From Eledone cirrhosa (lineage: Eukaryota), in the NCBI GenBank assembly GCA_964016885.1, contig OZ024748.1:55118001-55182000 (forward strand): DNA of 64,000 nucleotides, read 5' to 3'. Positions within the stretch are counted from its first letter, which is position 1. Every line of letters starts with the position of its first letter. Positions 60,566 through 64,000 of the stretch are shown here, one piece after another. The notes under the pieces are model-generated. The model was not told where the DNA came from. It did no database searches and saw nothing but the letters and a program-made list of their open reading frames with translations. Position numbers and translations under genes: made by a program.

Positions 60566-61058
60566 TAGATACACACACATGCGTATGTGGGTGGGAATAA
60601 ACAGCTACATCTATTTATCTATCAAACTATCTATCAATCTATTTATCTATCTATCTATGAACGTGGATCGGGCGTTCAAACTAATAAACCACATTATAAG
60701 TGCATACACATTTATATTCAGATATGAAGTTATGCATAGATAAACATATTCTTGTTTCTAACTCATATATAGAGTTATACAGATCTATAAATTTACACTC
60801 AGTCACTTTCACACACACATATTCCATTTCATAAATATTGAAATACCAGCCAAATCTCACTGAAATCACCAACTATATTCTTGAACAAAAAACAGAGACC
60901 TTCCCTAAAATATAAAGATTCTATTGTGGAATTTGAAGCAAAATTAGGTATAATTACGGGCAAACATTTGTGTGGAGGTCTGATTCATCAAAGCTAACCT
61001 GGGGTAAAACAGCAACACACACACACACATATATATATTTATTAAAATAACAGATTAA

Positions 61059-61109
61059 AGTTTAAGCAAAGAATCGCTGTTTTCACCCTTAACTGGATCT
61101 TCTGAAACT
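61059..61109 (-). ncRNA. Hammerhead-like motif, CAGAAGA family, with full stem I
   Basis: AGUUU-CAGAAGA...GAAA...UU-AAACU; point changes in stems II and III; element extends ~200 bp upstream to an inverted tail at ~61311-61335. Confidence 0.5.
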
Positions 61110-61335
61110 AAAAGAAATCAATCTGTGAACGCAGAAGTAAATATTTCGTAAAACGTTGCTGCCAAAGGAAAAGAAGAAGACGATACTTTGGTTCGTGAAC
61201 ACGTTCCCTGGCAATGAACGGAGAAAAGCGAAGATAAAACGTCATCATGTGGAGCGGTGAGAACAATTACACGCAAAGGCAAAACCACATTTATGGTATA
61301 AATGAAGTCGTAGTCTTTAAATTTATTATTATTAC

Positions 61336-61371
<36 letters not shown>

Positions 61372-61450
61372 TAAGCAATGAGTTATTTAAATAGAACTCA
61401 CAACATTAAGTTCTAGTTTGAATATGTCACTATCTGTAAACCAACTTTTG

Positions 61451-61511
61451 TATTTTATCTGATGAGTGCGTACTAAAATTGTGGTACCCTTGAAATATAT
61501 ATGATAAAATA
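61451..61511 (+). ncRNA. Hammerhead ribozyme, diverged member of the 37522 family
   Basis: UAUUUUAU-CUGAUGA-...GUACU/GGUAC...-GAAA-UAUAUA-UG-AUAAAAUA; perfect 8-bp stem I; cleavage site UG (likely inactive). Confidence 0.6.
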
Positions 61512-61566
61512 AATATGGTTTTATAAAGATAACTTCCATTTATTAATATTATTGATATATATATAT

Positions 61567-61693
61567 AGTTTAAGATGGTAATATGGACGAAACAAGAGAA
61601 GAAACCCTTCATCAGCCGAAACATCTATAATCTGCAGGTAACCACTGATGAAGGGTTTCTTCTCTTGTTTCGTCCATATTACCATCTTAAACT
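61567..61693. repeat. Perfect 49-bp inverted repeat with 29-nt spacer (PLE-like)
   Basis: 61567-61615 / 61645-61693; spacer begins CCGAAAC; right arm begins CTGATGAAGG. Confidence 0.8.
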
Positions 61694-61939
61694 TTCTTTA
61701 CAGTAACCACACAGCCTTCTTCATTTCTTATATATATATATATATATGGGGGTGGGGTATCGTAAACACACTCCCCCCTCAAATAGGAGAGGACATTTAA
61801 CTATTATTGTTGCTGTTTTACCCCAGGTTAGCTTTGATTAATCAGCCCTCCACACAAATGCTTGCCCGTAATTATACTTAATTCTGCTTTAAATTCCACA
61901 ATAGAACCTTTATTTGTTTAGAGAGGCTCTCTGTTTATG

Positions 61940-62394
61940 TAAGACACAAGTCTAACAATTCTGGCGGAGAGGAAAGTTAATGTAATCGACCCCAGTGTGT
62001 TACTGGTAGTTTCTTTTATCAACACCGTAAGGATGAAAAGCAAAGCTAACTTCTGCGGGACTTGATAAATCAGAACATATATGGCCGTAACTCTATAACA
62101 CGAAGAATGGTGTCCGACGCTCTACCGATACAGCCAGTCTACTACCCATTACCTAGTAATACATTTTACTACTTTAGGTGAAAGGCCAGCAGTCTAGAAA
62201 GGTATTATAATAATTGTTTCTATTTTAGGAACAAGGCCAGCAATTACCCAGGGTATAACTGGTACGTTATTTTATCGACCCTGTAAGGATGAAAGGCAAA
62301 GTTAACCTTAGCGGGATTTGAACTTAGACCGTAAGGGACCCTAACTCTATGCATGGTGTCCGACTCTCTACCGATACTACCAATCAATCGCCCT
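61940..62394 (-). mobile_element. Two family A SINEs (61940-62148; 62207-62394)
   Basis: Reverse heads CTCTACCGATAC and cores. Confidence 0.8.
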
Positions 62395-63275
62395 AAAATG
62401 TATTATAATAATGAAATATAAAAAAAATCGGCAGACATATAGATACACACATAAATATAGGTAAGGACCCGTAACTTCTTGCGAAGACGATCCCCTTTCC
62501 AAGTCTGAACATTTCCGATTACTTTTAGAAAAAGTGAGAGAGATAGAGAGGGAGAATCGACCTTAGGATAAAAGGCAAATTGACCCCGGTGGGATTTGAA
62601 CTTACAGCCGTAGCGAATACTGAAAATAATTTTATGCAATGTTCTAATGCCTCAGACAATTAACCACCTGCATAAATAAATGCTTCTTTCTTCGGTAACT
62701 CCCGAGGGAGACATAGGACGAAAAGGTGTTGCTATGGCATTTTAAAACCTGGCGGAATCCATCCCCTCTCCAGGTGTGAATACAGCAAATTTTTCCCAGA
62801 GAAGGATAGAAAGAAAGAGAATGAAAGTGAGAAAGAGATACAGAGGAAACATCAACCCTAGTACTTGACTGCTACCTTTTTATCAACCTCGAATGGAGGA
62901 AATCAAAGTTGACCTCGACGGGATTTGAATTCAGTGAGGAGAGGAGAGAACTAGAACGAACACCACAAATCATTCTATCGGATGTTCAAATGATGCTGCC
63001 AATTCGCTGCCTCTACAGAAATATACACACACTGGCAATTTCATTCCTTCTACACCCATGTAAATACATGTACTAGAATACATAAAAGCAAGTGGTGATA
63101 ATTACTCCGTCGGTTTCGACGATCACCGTTCAGTTATTTGACCAAATAAATACACATCTGAAAAAATAACATGAATATTTGAATATTTCACAGAGACGTG
63201 TGCCCTTAATGTAAATACCAAGCAGAATTAACATGACAGAATATGTAGCAAGGCAGGGTCCTCGAACTATAGATA

Positions 63276-63455
63276 CGTGGGTGGGCTGCATGGTTCAGAG
63301 GCTGGCTATGAAAGTGTGATGCTGGAGCTGCGAAATCTTGCATGCAATAATTCCAACTCTTTGTTTCATTCCAGGAACAATCTTGGAAATCAGTCTCGTT
63401 TGGTCATTCCATAAGAGAATTTTGGTCAGCCTGTGACCCTTTCAACCGATCCTCG
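63276..63455 (-). mobile_element. Mariner-type MITE, copy 3
   Basis: Reverse complement shares CTGACCAA..CTC.TATGGAAT and TGCATGCAAGATTTC with copies 1 and 2. Confidence 0.7.
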
Positions 63456-63795
63456 TCCAGTCCATCAGACGTCTTACCATATTCTCACCATCGACCTAAA
63501 TAACACCCAGAAGACGTGGGGCGACCCGGAGTTATAAGAAAAACATTTACACTATGTATCATCGAACCGAGAACCGAGTGATTGTGAAGTAAACTACTTA
63601 AGACACAGTGAAGAACTCCATTGTGTTTGATGAACAGATTGATAACAAAAATGGAGCTGATACTTAACCGATTAAAGATCAGAGTCGGTCATTTGTGAAA
63701 CACGTGTTACGCGTGTTTACGAATCAAATTTATATTGATCTGAACCTTTGATCTCCATCATAATGTGTACCGAGGCACAGGCACACACGTATATA

Positions 63796-63868
<73 letters not shown>

Positions 63869-64000
63869 GTGTATGTCTATGTATGTATATATACTTATAT
63901 ATATATATATATACACATATATAAGTTTAGCCAAGGTTCAATCGGGGGTAACCACAGTAAGTAAGGTACTCAATACATAGCAGAGTATAAATATTTAATA

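Larger units (their letters stand above)
60890..61936. repeat. ~128-bp inverted duplication enclosing three PLE relics
   Basis: 60890-61017 is the imperfect reverse complement of 61808-61936. Confidence 0.8.

Overview
AT-rich animal non-coding DNA dominated by (TA)n/(CA)n/(GA)n microsatellites. The SINE families and repeat landscape best fit a cephalopod such as Octopus (inference). No intact host protein-coding gene is supportable, and nearly all listed ORFs are low-complexity artefacts. Recognisable elements: many tRNA-headed SINEs (a Nin/Deu-core-like family and a CORE-like family); an internally deleted mariner, mariner-type and hAT MITEs, and a pogo/Tigger fragment; RTE, CR1/L2 and CRE-like LINE remnants; a bipartite non-autonomous RTE element; an 85-bp satellite and two minisatellites. 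The main hidden signal is a dense set of Penelope-like retroelement (PLE) pseudo-LTR relics lodged in TA microsatellites, one with a GIY-YIG endonuclease remnant. They carry more than ten hand-folded type I hammerhead ribozyme motifs from several unrelated families, including non-canonical cores (U3-A8, A4, U.U at the base of stem II). They form fold-back inverted repeats whose junctions repeatedly fall inside the ribozyme. All folds and translations were done by eye; coordinates of degraded repeats are approximate.
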